Assembly (NCBI RefSeq): GCF_964204645.1
Contig: NC_134026.1
Location: 9,881,950 to 9,945,949, forward strand
Length of the DNA: 64,000 nucleotides
Source of the DNA: Tubulanus polymorphus
Taxonomy: Eukaryota; Animalia; Nemertea
Reading direction: 5' to 3'
Positions within the stretch are counted from its first letter, which is position 1, and every line of letters starts with the position of its first letter. This document shows positions 16,501-27,565 of this stretch, in pieces. The position numbers were made by a program, and so were the translations under genes. A model generated the notes under the pieces. The model searched no databases and was not told the origin of the DNA. It was given only the letters and a program-made list of their open reading frames with translations.

Positions 16501-19500
16501 GACTTCAGCACCAACGATTCGTGCAAGAAAAATCATTGCGCAATACAACAGCATTGGTAAATGTGGCATTCACATATCATGTGCTTATTCAGCAAACTTG
16601 GCCTCTGATCTTCTTTTAACATACATTCTAAAATCGATTAGCTCAAATAGAATTCAGCCCAATTGAGGTCTGGGAGACCAGCTAGCCCATCAGATTGTAC
16701 GACTGCAGTCGGTTATATGCTGGTGAAATTATTTCGTTTTCAACCAACTTAGACCTCGATTATGAGGCTCTTGAATCCAAAAATCATTTGAGCGTGATAT
16801 GAATATAAGGTTAACTTTCCTCCAAAATGATATGAAATTGACCTTTCTCATCATTGTCTGTGTGTGTAATCACATTCGTTAACAATTGATTTACTAATGA
16901 GATAAGTTGATTTGATTTGAAGAAATTAATTGCAGATAACAGAGTATCTTGTAGCGAAACAGTTGAACCCTTTACCGGCTACAAGTCAGTTGAAGAAAAC
17001 CACAGTTGCATTGTTGATACCACAATTTTCCTGTAATATGAAAGGTTTACTGTATCGGGTAATTCTTTTCAGTGTACTACAATATCTTCTTGTGGAAACT
17101 TCTGTTGTGTTGGTTACAGTTCAGGTCACGTGGATGTATTCAATCTTCAATCGGGATTGCACAGAGGATATGCAGGAAATCCAGGTTTGTGTGTTCACCA
17201 CTTTTACTGGTTCGTTTGTGATGTGATGTATTTTTAATTACCAGCTGATGTACGTCTCATTATTACTTTGAATAGCTTCACATCTGGTAGATGTTTAGAA
17301 AGCCAAAGGATTATCTTTCTTAATTAATCTATTTATCGTGTTTACATAATACTTGTAATTTGTCTAGGCCCAGGAATTGGACGGGTTAGATGAATTTTTG
17401 TTTATGTACCTTATGCATGTAGAATAAGTGAAATGAGGTAAACTCCTTTAATAGACACAATATTGACTCAAATATTTCACATTATTGGCTGAGAATGCAT
17501 TTGTCTCAATTTCCTCATAAGTGCAACCCTTGATTATGATTATATCTCTAAATGTACTTAATTGTTGTTGAATAATAATGATTATGCAAGGTGTTTCAGG
17601 AAATCTAATTAACTTCGCTCATAACTAAGTTAATCACAATACATGTACGGTATTCATTTCTCCTCTTGAGCGTAATTAAGTCATTGAATCATGATTCTTT
17701 GATAGAAAAACGAAAAAGGTGCAAAAAATTTTTCAGTTGCTCATGATGGTGCTGTCCGTGGTTTAGCTATAGATGGTTTGAATCAACTTCTCGTTTCTGC
17801 TGGTGCTGACAAGTGTGTAAAATTCTGGAAATTCAAACATAAAGAGCTTGTATCAACACTTGACTTGGCATACCAAATATCGAAGATTTGCCTCCATCGT
17901 GACAGGTAAGGAGGTCATTCATAAAAGGAATATGCAGATATAGCCAAACTATACATCTATTTTGTATTTATAGAGTAATGTTTCTCTTCTGCGCGTTTTA
18001 CCAAAAATGAAACTTTTGCTCGTGTGTCTGCCCATAGACAGAATCCTGTTATTTTGGGAAGTTTTGAAGACGCTTCAAGGGATTGTCATGATATTGGGTT
18101 AACACATATATTATTCCTAGCCACATCTTCAGCCTGAAGACTGACCCAGTCGGAATCAAGATGGGTTGCTGGCTGATCTGATGTTAAATATGTGTGTGTG
18201 TTTCTCTAAGTCCCAGCATTGCAAGAAAAATTGGGTTAATAGGAAACATGATGGCTGTATTATTATGACATTTTTGGCTCACTTAGCACTTAAAACCTAG
18301 TGAGCTATTGCATTCATTTTATCCGTTCATTCATCCCTAGATGGAATCTGGTTATTATTGATATTTGGTTTGTACATGTATCTCTACCTAGGAGTGGATC
18401 CAAGGTCTTCTTTTCAGTGTTGCCAGACTCCCGTGATGCTGAAAAAACCGCTCGGCGGACGCTCAGAGACATTGCTATGATGTCATCATATGTCATTAGC
18501 ATAACAAAACAATGTAGGTGGCGCCACGTTAAGGGTAGTGAAGCCGTTTTTCAGCATTCCTTGAGCTTATGCTAGGAAAACTATCGCTGATAGATGAAAA
18601 CACAAACAAATCTTTGCCAATTCATAATCTATTTCTGAATGCAAATTCCTTACTGAACAAATTGATGCATAATATTCACAGATAAATTGATTACTTACAA
18701 AATTACGGACCAAAACGTTGCACGGAGGGCATGTGTGACAGACAGTAGTAATTTTTAAACATTTTCTTGCCAATTACTAATCGTTCCGAACCCAAGCGCG
18801 CTACGCTTCGGTAGGGCCAATGGTATGGGGAACGATCTTGAATTTGATTTCCAGAAATACTCTAGCTAGGTGCTGGCAACACTGTCTTTTGAACATCTTG
18901 TGGCACATTTATGGGACATTTTTGATCATGGAAAAGGCATATTTGGAGGCGATTAAGGTGTCGCATATGAAAATGTCTGCAGGGGTTGGATGCACACTTA
19001 GCAACATGTCGAAGCAGAAGATTTATCCTTCTAATTATGCAAGAGCAGTTTATAAGATCCCTTATGATGAAGCAGTTCAAAATTCATTTAGAAAAGGGTA
19101 ACTCACTGACATTTGAGGGTCTTTTACAGGACTCACAAGACCCCCTGGATCCGTACCTGCTTCCCTAAACACCTCTGCAACACAAAAACTGGCTCCGACA
19201 GATATGCGACTGGCAGCCATTGTTGTTTCCTGAAATCAGCACTTTTTACACATTTATAGACCACTTAGGGCTTAAGCCTCACATAGACAGAATCTAGTTC
19301 GCTTGTTTGCGGCTGCCTGCAGGGGCTGTATTGCAATGGCTTTGCACCAAAATAAAATTTCATCTGCCAAATTTTGCTAAGCTGCTGTTAAGACAGCTGA
19401 GAGAAATTAGATTTCAAACACGCATGACTATCTTTACCTAGTGTTCCTTTTCTCCAAAAGTTTCGCCCTGAGTCAATAAGCTCGATTAATAAGCCACGTT

Positions 19501-22500
19501 TATGCAATTCTCAAAATTAGCAAAAATATCTTTTCATTTCGAGTGGTTCGTGTCCTGTAACATGTGCATGTTATAGGTACATGTAAATGTGATACATGTA
19601 AACTCACCTGTGGTCAATGAACATGTATCTAACAGGGCCATCGGAAGCAAGCATTGGTTGGTAAGTTCATGAACTATGATTAGTTCAGGTGAAATGGCCC
19701 AGGTTCCTCTTATGATAGTGAAAAAAATTGTTGACTTATGCTTAAGAAATTGCACCCTTTCGTAACATACAGCATAAAGAAATGTTATGTTCATTTCATT
19801 TAAAACTCGTATTATCTTCAATTTTAGTTCAATGTTAGCTGTGGCTTTAGATGACTTTTCTGTGGTAATCGTCGACATTGATACACGTCGTGTTGTTCGA
19901 ACATTTACTGGTCATAGAAACTGTATAACCGATATGGTACGTATGTTTTAGTATGGGTTTCAGTGCTGGTACTTACCAAGTGATAATTCAACCGCAGTGC
20001 AGTGTTGATGTACCATATTTTCCCGCGGTTAAGCCGAGGGCAGTTTTTCAGCCTAAAATACATACATGGATTTCTTAATGCTTTGCCCAATAAGCCGAGG
20101 CCCTTCATCAGGAGATTTTAATTCACTGAATTGTCAAATAGTTTGTCTTAATTTTAAGTTTCCTGTGTGTACTATGTGTACTACCGTGTGTCGCTGAGTC
20201 ACTGTGCTATGTATAAACTGAATGTAGGAAAAAATGGCCAAGGAAAAAATGGCTAAGGTATTTATTTGCCTAGGAAAAAATGGCCAAGGAAAATTTTATG
20301 AGAACTATTGACAATGTTAATAAACATAAAGCTTTCAATTTAATGATATCATTTATTTTTCATGGGGCTAAAAACAATAGAATCGGTGTAATGAATTCAG
20401 AAATTTGATGAACTTACATTTAATTTTTATTACATATAATGAATATATCAAGAACTATCATGAAAGAACTATCATGCAAGTGGGCAATGGATAAACTTAA
20501 TAGTGATAAACTTAAACTTAATAAATTAACTAAATTAATATTTCAAAACATCTAAGTAAGCTATTAGGGCACGGACTGTCTTAAATCATCAAAGGTAAAT
20601 GCATTGAAATTGTGTGGTAATTTATATAGCAAACTGGTGTAGTGTCTGATAACATCGAAGTGAGATATGCTGATCATAAATTTACCTAAACTAATCCAGA
20701 AATAGGTCTATTAATCTTAAAAAGTGAAAGGGATGTTCTATACCTGAGACATGTATTTTGATCAGCCAATTATGGCGGAATTGGCAGCCATCTTGGCGTC
20801 ATCAGTACTCATTCGTAGGTGGGAAAAAGTTTTTCCACATTATATTGATACCTAAGCATATTGTGTTATCACAATGTATTGAAAAATTGTAGCTCATAAC
20901 GTTTTCTATGATTTTGGTGAGTTTCAAGGTCATTGCTTTTTGTATATGGCCACCAGGGGGCATTGAATAATACAATAACTTACTATTTCTATATTATATT
21001 TGTACCTACGCATATTTTGTCACCACAATCAATTGCAAAGTTGTAGCTCATAACATCGTCTATGATTGTGGTGAGTTTCAAGGACATAAGTTATTCTATA
21101 TGGTCACCAGGGGGTGTTGAATAGTAGAAGAACTTGGTATTTCCTTATTAGATTGGTACCTAGGGATATTTGGTTACCATGATCAATTGCAAAGTTGTAG
21201 TTCATGACATGTTCTATGATTGTGGTGATTTTCAAGGTCATTGGGTTTTGCATATGGTCAGCAGGGGGCGTTGAATAGTAGAATAACTTAGTATTTCTTT
21301 ATTACATTGGTACGTAGGGCTATTTTGTTACCATGATCCATTGCAAAGTTGTAGTTCATGACATGTTCTATGATTGTGGTGAGTTTCAAGGTCATTAGGT
21401 TTTGCATATGGTCACCAGGGGGCATTGAATGGTAGAATAACTTAGTATTTCCTTATTTAATTGGTAACGAAGCATATTTTGTTATCACAATCAATTACAA
21501 AATCATAGCTGCTGACATATTCTATGATTGTGGTGAGTTTCAAGGTCATTGGTTTTTGTATATAGTCACCAGGGGGCATTGAATTTTGAAATTGTTAGAT
21601 TGTTGAGCATTTGAAACCACTTCCCATGTGGGCATGGTGTCCCTGGACCCCTTGTTTCCTTGGCCATTTTTTCCGTTCACCGTATAAACTCGCTCAGGTG
21701 ATAACTGACACACACAGCCATATATTGTAACCTACATTCGTGCACACGCCACTGACTGTTGAAGCGCATATATACAAATGTACTAGCGCTGCGGTAATAA
21801 ATTGCTACTGTGAAAGAAACTAAATAGATTATTGGTAGTAAATAATGACCTCAAATAAATATGGAACACTCTTGTTGCTTTTGATGATCTTCAGGAGGAT
21901 TAGAGTGACATAGTTCGGGAAGTTATTATTTAGGTCAGATCTTATCCGTTCAATAAGCCAATCATGATATTTATGGGTAAAAATCTGAGGCTAGAAAATC
22001 GGCTTATTAGCCGTAAAATACGGTACATTCCATTATATTGCATTATGGCATGGTGTGTCCTTAGTTAGATTTCACAATGTTTGACAGGTGCTGCTGTCTT
22101 TCAATTGAGATTATAACAGATAATAGTGTTTGTAGTGATCTGAAATAGCCATGGAAAGCCTGAAATAAATTGTAGTTTCTGGCCAGAAAAAAACCTTCAA
22201 TTCAAAGTGTACCCGAAGAAAAGCCAGGGAAAGCCTGAATTTCTCTCAATTTTTGAACAATACACAGTAATTCTGTAATCCTGATGATAGGAATTGTGAA
22301 GAACTGAAGATCTTATGGTACTATATCCGTTACCAATTACCAATTCGTGTTCTTATAAGATTTTACTAATTCCAATTCAATACTAAACCGCTGTCAAAAT
22401 TGATTTCTATTTGATATCTGTATCTGCTATGTGCCTCTGTCCATTTGATGTAAAACTATAACTATTTAGCACTGCTCTGCAGGCTTAAACGCAGTCAGCT

Positions 22501-25500
22501 ATGTGGATTGGTTAATCCCAAATTCTTGTGCCATCTATTTGTACTTACTTCTCATATTGTAGTATTCAAATACACGTATTTAAAAGTATTTTTTATTTTT
22601 TCCAGTGTTTTAGCCCAGATTGTAGATGGTTGATAACAACTTCAATGGATTCATCAGTGAGGACCTGGGATTTACCAACTGGAAGGTACAGTATTATTAT
22701 TCATTGTATGTGCCAAATTTGACAGTGACACTGTGATGTATCTGTAATTGTATATCAATCATCTCTCTGGGGAGAAGTAAAATCCAGATCAGGTTAGCTA
22801 CCCGATTGCCTCCAAGTGTAGAAAGGCAGTGTCAGAGAAGTGTCATCCACAATGATGCTATTTGCGGTGCAAACCCACAACTTGACGTTCCATTAGTTGA
22901 ATGCTTTAACCACTCCCAGACTGCCCCATCTTTATTTATTGGTGTCTAAAGCGATACATTTGTATATACTGCTAGGCATTTTAGAAATTATATGTACCAG
23001 CACTACCAAATAGGTAATCTGCCATTAAGCATTCGAGATTTAAAAAAAATGTGTTCATCACTTAAGTGCATTTCTCAAATTTACAGTAATACCATTTTGT
23101 ATTTCAATACCATGCTCTTTTCCAGACTAGTCGACTGTTTCTTGGTTGATGCAGCGGTAACGAGTATAGCAATATCACCTACGGGTGAATTTTTAGCTAC
23201 TACCCATGTCGATGATTTGGGAATATATCTCTGGTCAAATATGACTTTGTATCATCATACGTCGCTCCATCCATTACCATCTGTTTACGAACCGGTTTTG
23301 GTCGACCTACCAACTACGAGCGCAAAAACAGGTTCGTAAAACCATACCAAAAGTTCCATGTATAATGCATATCCCCTATTTCCGGTTTTAGGTAAAAAAC
23401 AAGTTCCACACACATTGTATATTTGCTTATTGTCCGGCGTTCGTCCATTTGTAGACGGAATTAGATCCAATTGATTTGGGAAATTTTGAAGACGCTTCAA
23501 TGGATTGTCTTGATATTTGGTTTATACATGTATTCACCATTGACACATCTGCAGTGCTTCATCTAGCATTAAAAAAGGGCAGGGTGCTGATTTCAAATAA
23601 GGGCATTTTTGTGCGTGATTCCATTGGAGCAAGGGCACATAATAATGCACTCACGTCTGTTTTAGGGGGAACCTGCAATATTCCCTATTGCATAGAATCG
23701 AGGTACCCCCTACTACGATTGAGGACTAGAAACTATGTTTAACTCTGATTTTGCCATGAGTGACACACTTGACCACAGTACATCCTTACACCTATGCCTG
23801 TCAATGAACAAAAGTTAATCAATAGGTAGGGCTTCCAAAATGATTTGGAAAACCAGTTGCAGACAAAAAAATAGCAGAAATAAGCAATCTCAAAAAGCAA
23901 ATGATACAGCAAAAAAGAGCCAGCAATAGTGTATAGGCCTACATGAAATTGCATATTTTTAATCTTAGAAATATCAAGTTAATTGATTTAAATTGATAGT
24001 GTTAGTGATTGGCAAGTAACTGTTGATAATTGGTAAGCAGTCAGCTTAAGAACACATTATTGCTATTAGGCTACTCAAACTAATTGTCTCTGCAAGTCTC
24101 TCTGTGAGTTCACTGAACAAAGTTTTTCACCTTGTATATATAAAATTTGTCTAATTGTCTCGACAAAAAGATCCAGAGCATCACAATGTGTTCAAAACGA
24201 AACAATCCATCGAATATACACTACCAGCTTTACAACGGTAGTCGCTAGAATGATTGGCAGTAGTTTGGAAGTCAGCCAATTTCCTGGAAACTTAAACTAG
24301 GCAACACGTCTGAGGCACGTTTTCACACATAAATATAACCACTGATCACATGAGCTACTATCATTGATATCATACGAGATATTTCATAGCCGGATACTTA
24401 ACTAACAGCCGGATGCGACGGCTTATTTTGAAAGCCCTGACTCATTACTCGTGACTGACAATGGCAGGAGGGTGGACCTAGAGCAAGTGTTGAGGGCACA
24501 AGGGCGAGCATGGGACACATCTGAAGGGCACAAGGGCGGCTATTTTCGGGGCGGCGCCCCGCCCCTTTATTTTTGGCTAGATGAAGCACTGCATCTGAAA
24601 CCTAAAAATCGGTCCATTCAGAATTCAATGAAGATGGCTGACTGGTAGGCATTGTTGTTTGCCAAATTCAGCATTTTGAAAATTTGTCAATTGCTCTTCT
24701 GAAGGGAAATTTTGAATATACATATTTCATACGTACGATATGTATCCCCTTATAAGGGCGCATGCCGCTCTAGAATAATGATTATGAACAAGTTGTCTTG
24801 TATCAAGCGGTATCACACAATGTCTTACCTTTTTTTCGCACATAGATGAACCAGCTGAGGAGAATGAAGTGCAAATGTATCAAAGTTCTGAATTTAAATC
24901 ACCGCAGCAGATTGCCGATGAGTTAGTGACCCTATCCTTACTGCCAACATCTAGATGGCTGAATCTCTTGAATTTAGATACTATAAAGGTACACAATATT
25001 TCTGCTGATGCACAGTGATTCAATAAACTCGCTTTTACAATGGAATTCATAAAAAACATACATTTATATCTTTTTTCTTTGTTAGAAACGCAATAAACCA
25101 AAAGAACCACCCAAAGTTCCAAAGGCGGCACCATTTTTCATTCCAACAATTCCCGGTCTTCAACCTAAATTTGACATTCAGGAAAATGAGGAAAAAGAAA
25201 AGGTATGTGCAGTACTTATATAAATTGTAAACCGTTTTTCATTATCATAATCACTTATCACAATATTTCATAATCATAATCACAAGATCATAATCACAAG
25301 ATTTCTTTGTTTGCAGTTTGAATCAAAGGTGATTTCAAGTAGTCTTTTATCTTACACTGCATTTGGTAAACTAGTTGAAAAGTCTGTGCCCTCAAGACAG
25401 TGTAAGTACATGAATTTAAATCTATGTTTTTACAATAAAATATGGATATGTTGCTGTGTCTGTAGTGTTGATGTAATCAAACCCTGAAGTCAAATTTTAA

Positions 25501-26663
25501 CCGTGAAGCTGCGTCTTTCCAGTTGCTAATGGCAACATGTTTTCTACACGTGCATTGATGAAAATATTTAACGCATTGGCTGCCAAGTAAAAAATATCGT
25601 GTACTTTGGCTTCAACCACTATTGTACTTCGCAGTTAATCCTCTTAGTGATTCTTGATTTGTTTATATCTGGTAGGCCTAATTGGAAAGACATTGTCTGC
25701 TGGCTGGCAGTGTCAAACAAATCATTTATCCCTGATACTCAATGCTCATTTCTCTGAACAAAAGTCGACTATGTAACAACTCTATTGCCAACTACATGCA
25801 CAAGATAACTCTTTGCTACTACTTGGAAGAATCATAGTGTAAGCAAACACGGTAGGCTTATAAGCTGTATCATTTAGCGTGATGAATTCTATATTTTCAG
25901 ATGGAACAATTATGGCAGCAATGAAGGAGATGAGTCCATCTGCAATTGATATTGAAATACGTTCATTAGCTCCTTTACATGGTGGATCAGTAGAGTTGAT
26001 GGTCGCATTCATCAAATTCCTCAATCACAGCTTTACCAGTAATAAAGACTTCGAACTAATTCAAGCTTACTTAGGCTTATTTCTTAAGGTACGCATAATT
26101 ACATAAATCCTTTGATACTGTATGAGGTTAATGTCATCACAGGCAAAATCTTGTCAAAATTAGTAGAATGTTCGTCTCTTTACATCAAGCAGAATCACCA
26201 GTTTTTTAGTTTTATCCTGGGTTTACTCGATATGAATAGTCAGTTAACTAGGGATCATTTTTATAGACCTGCATAGTATTAACTTTGAATCTGTAATGTT
26301 AAATATTTGAGTTTACCTGCAAGTAAATACTCCGGATGCGGGTTAAAGTTTAAAACTGGTCCTGAAGGAGTACCGATTTTGGGATAAAGTCTAAATGGTT
26401 TACTGAATCGTGTACTGGATTTATGTTTTCAAATACGGTATTTTAGCACTGGTATTCACAGCAGTACCCGTAACAGTACAGAATGAAGAATGAAATCATT
26501 TTTTTCTTTTCAGGTGCACGGAGAAACAATTGCATCAGAACCAGAACTGATCGAAGAGGTTAAATTGATCGTAGACAGTCAATCACGGGCATGGAAAGGA
26601 TTACAAATTCAGTTTAATCAAAGTTTATGTCTGATTAATTATCTTAAAAGTGCTACAGTGTAG
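10510..26663 (+). CDS. WDR36: WD repeat-containing protein 36 (UTP21, SSU processome), 892 aa
   Basis: 20 GT-AG coding exons in consistent phase totalling 2679 nt: 10510-10656, 10957-10984, 11127-11227, 11491-11608, 13117-13304, 13728-13860, 14440-14615, 14928-15048, 16155-16304, 16399-16556, 17073-17184, 17737-17905, 19828-19936, 22606-22685, 23126-23331, 24846-24988, 25086-25202, 25317-25401, 25901-26088, 26514-26663. Diagnostic motifs SKIFCGYRAAGFSSNHVP, HPNTYLNKILIGSKQGSLQLWN, RNKPKEPPKVPKAAPFFIPT, KDFELIQAYLGLFLKVHG. Confidence 0.97.
11930..13110. mobile_element. Unclassified non-autonomous DNA element in WDR36 intron 4
   Basis: CpG-richer non-coding block. Its right end AGGTAAACCACACTTTGCCCATGGGCAA (~13071) recurs at ~39322. 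Confidence 0.35.
14025..14200 (+). mobile_element. tRNA-derived SINE with CORE-like domain (degenerate)
   Basis: B-box-like GGATTTGAGCCC followed by GTGTCCGTGGGCAAATACTT...CTCGCTCCCCCCAGGAG, resembling the CORE-type GTGTCCTTGGGCAAG motif. Confidence 0.5.
15100..15706. mobile_element. piggyBac-like MITE
   Basis: TTAA|CCCATTAGCACTCA...TGAGTGCTAATGGG|TTAA: perfect 14-bp TIR and TTAA TSD. Confidence 0.85.
18273..19300 (+). mobile_element. Old HINE/DINE-like element interrupted by a hAT-like MITE
   Basis: 5' T-run plus GGCTCACTTAG..CTAGTGAGC hairpin, TCCG/TTCA microsatellite, body similar to the 30557 family, and CTAG-TT end. Confidence 0.55.
18415..18884. mobile_element. hAT-like MITE with 6-bp TSD
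   Basis: TIR CAGTGTTGCCAG...CTGGCAACACTG; TCTTTT duplicated on both sides. Confidence 0.8.
20220..21681 (+). mobile_element. Mutator-like non-autonomous element (family B), chimeric with a HINE
   Basis: Perfect 9-bp TSD GTATAAACT (20211-20219, 21682-21690). Termini GAATGTAGG...CCGTTCACC with AAAAAATGGCCAAGG subterminal repeats. The first ~480 bp are near-identical to 31852-32523. Confidence 0.88.
20726..21654 (+). mobile_element. HINE family 1, 5'-truncated copy with five 154-bp repeats
   Basis: GGTCACCAGGGGG landmark at 20948, 21102, 21256, 21410, 21564; 3' end GGCATGGTGTCCCTGGACCCCTTG. Confidence 0.85.
23552..24591. mobile_element. hAT-like element with 6-bp TSD, inserted in an old HINE copy (~23370-24772)
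   Basis: Perfect 16-bp TIR CAGTGCTTCATCTAGC...GCTAGATGAAGCACTG, AAGGGC subterminal repeats, CATCTG duplicated. The flanks rejoin into HINE body sequence. Confidence 0.82.
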
Positions 26664-26673
26664 TTGAATAATG

Positions 26674-26679
26674 AATAAA
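26674..26679 (+). terminator. Candidate WDR36 polyadenylation signal
   Basis: AATAAA 11 nt after the stop codon, followed by U/GU-rich sequence. Confidence 0.55.
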
Positions 26680-27565
26680 TTAATCAAGGAAATAATATTT
26701 CAATCGAGTGTATTCCTGGTTAATAATGGATTTTCCGTGGTCTTGGTTGCTTATGCAATGCAGATTTCGATTAAATGTTGACTGGTTTTTTAGCCTTCGA
26801 TCAGGGTATTGGGGATAAGTGGAGAGTTTATCTAGTCAAATGGAATGTGCTAGAACAGTAGACCTACTACAGAATTGAGAGACCAATTGAAACCTGTGGC
26901 GACTGAACCAATGGAAGTCAGCATGATTGACACAGTTAAAGTATGAAGAGGAGATCAAAAAATGCCCTTCATCACGAAAATTGTAACGGTTTCACACACC
27001 CACTCATGATTTCATCATAGTTTAATTGTAGTTATAAATATTCCTCCATTCGGAATAGATCAATTTCAAGACGGTAATTTTCGGTGTAGGAGTAACTTAA
27101 AGGTTTAGGCCTATATCTACATAGTGGTGGAAGTATCGGCTTCTTTCGTTCTGATCATCTAATTTTTCATTGCGAAGAAATGCATTACGTGTAATTTTCA
27201 GAAATTACAGTAACCGTACAGATAACTCAATAAACTTGATTTGAGTTAGACTTTAGGAGCCACCCCTGGGAAGTAATGAAATCGGTAACACTAGCATTGT
27301 GTCAAGGTTGCTACACTCTGAATAAGAAAGTGATCATTCTTAACGTCACCTCAAGTTGGAATAGTGTGTTAAAAAAACGATGTCACTGCTTGCAGAAGTG
27401 TATATTGTATGGTCGAATGGTTCTAGCGAGAAGCCGAAGTTTTGGAAACCATAAAACAAAAGCCATAACGTCCGTCTTTTTGGAAGATTCTCCTCGCTTT
27501 TTTGCCCATTTTTTTACATTCTCAATCAAGTCATCCAGTCCAAGTCAGTCAGATTTTGAAGAAAC

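Larger units (their letters stand above)
20013..22023. mobile_element. pogo/Tigger-like (Tc1/mariner) non-autonomous element hosting nested insertions
   Basis: TA|CCATATTTT...AAAATACGG|TA with internal TAAGCCG repeats. Confidence 0.7.

Noticed and set aside
20940-21600. Regularly spaced repeats resembling a CRISPR array
   Set aside because: Whole 154-bp units repeat with no unique spacers; eukaryotic HINE context and no cas genes.
10657-26513. Intronic snoRNAs expected in a ribosome-biogenesis host gene
   Set aside because: No convincing C/D box pair with terminal stem or H/ACA layout seen by eye; needs snoscan or Infernal.
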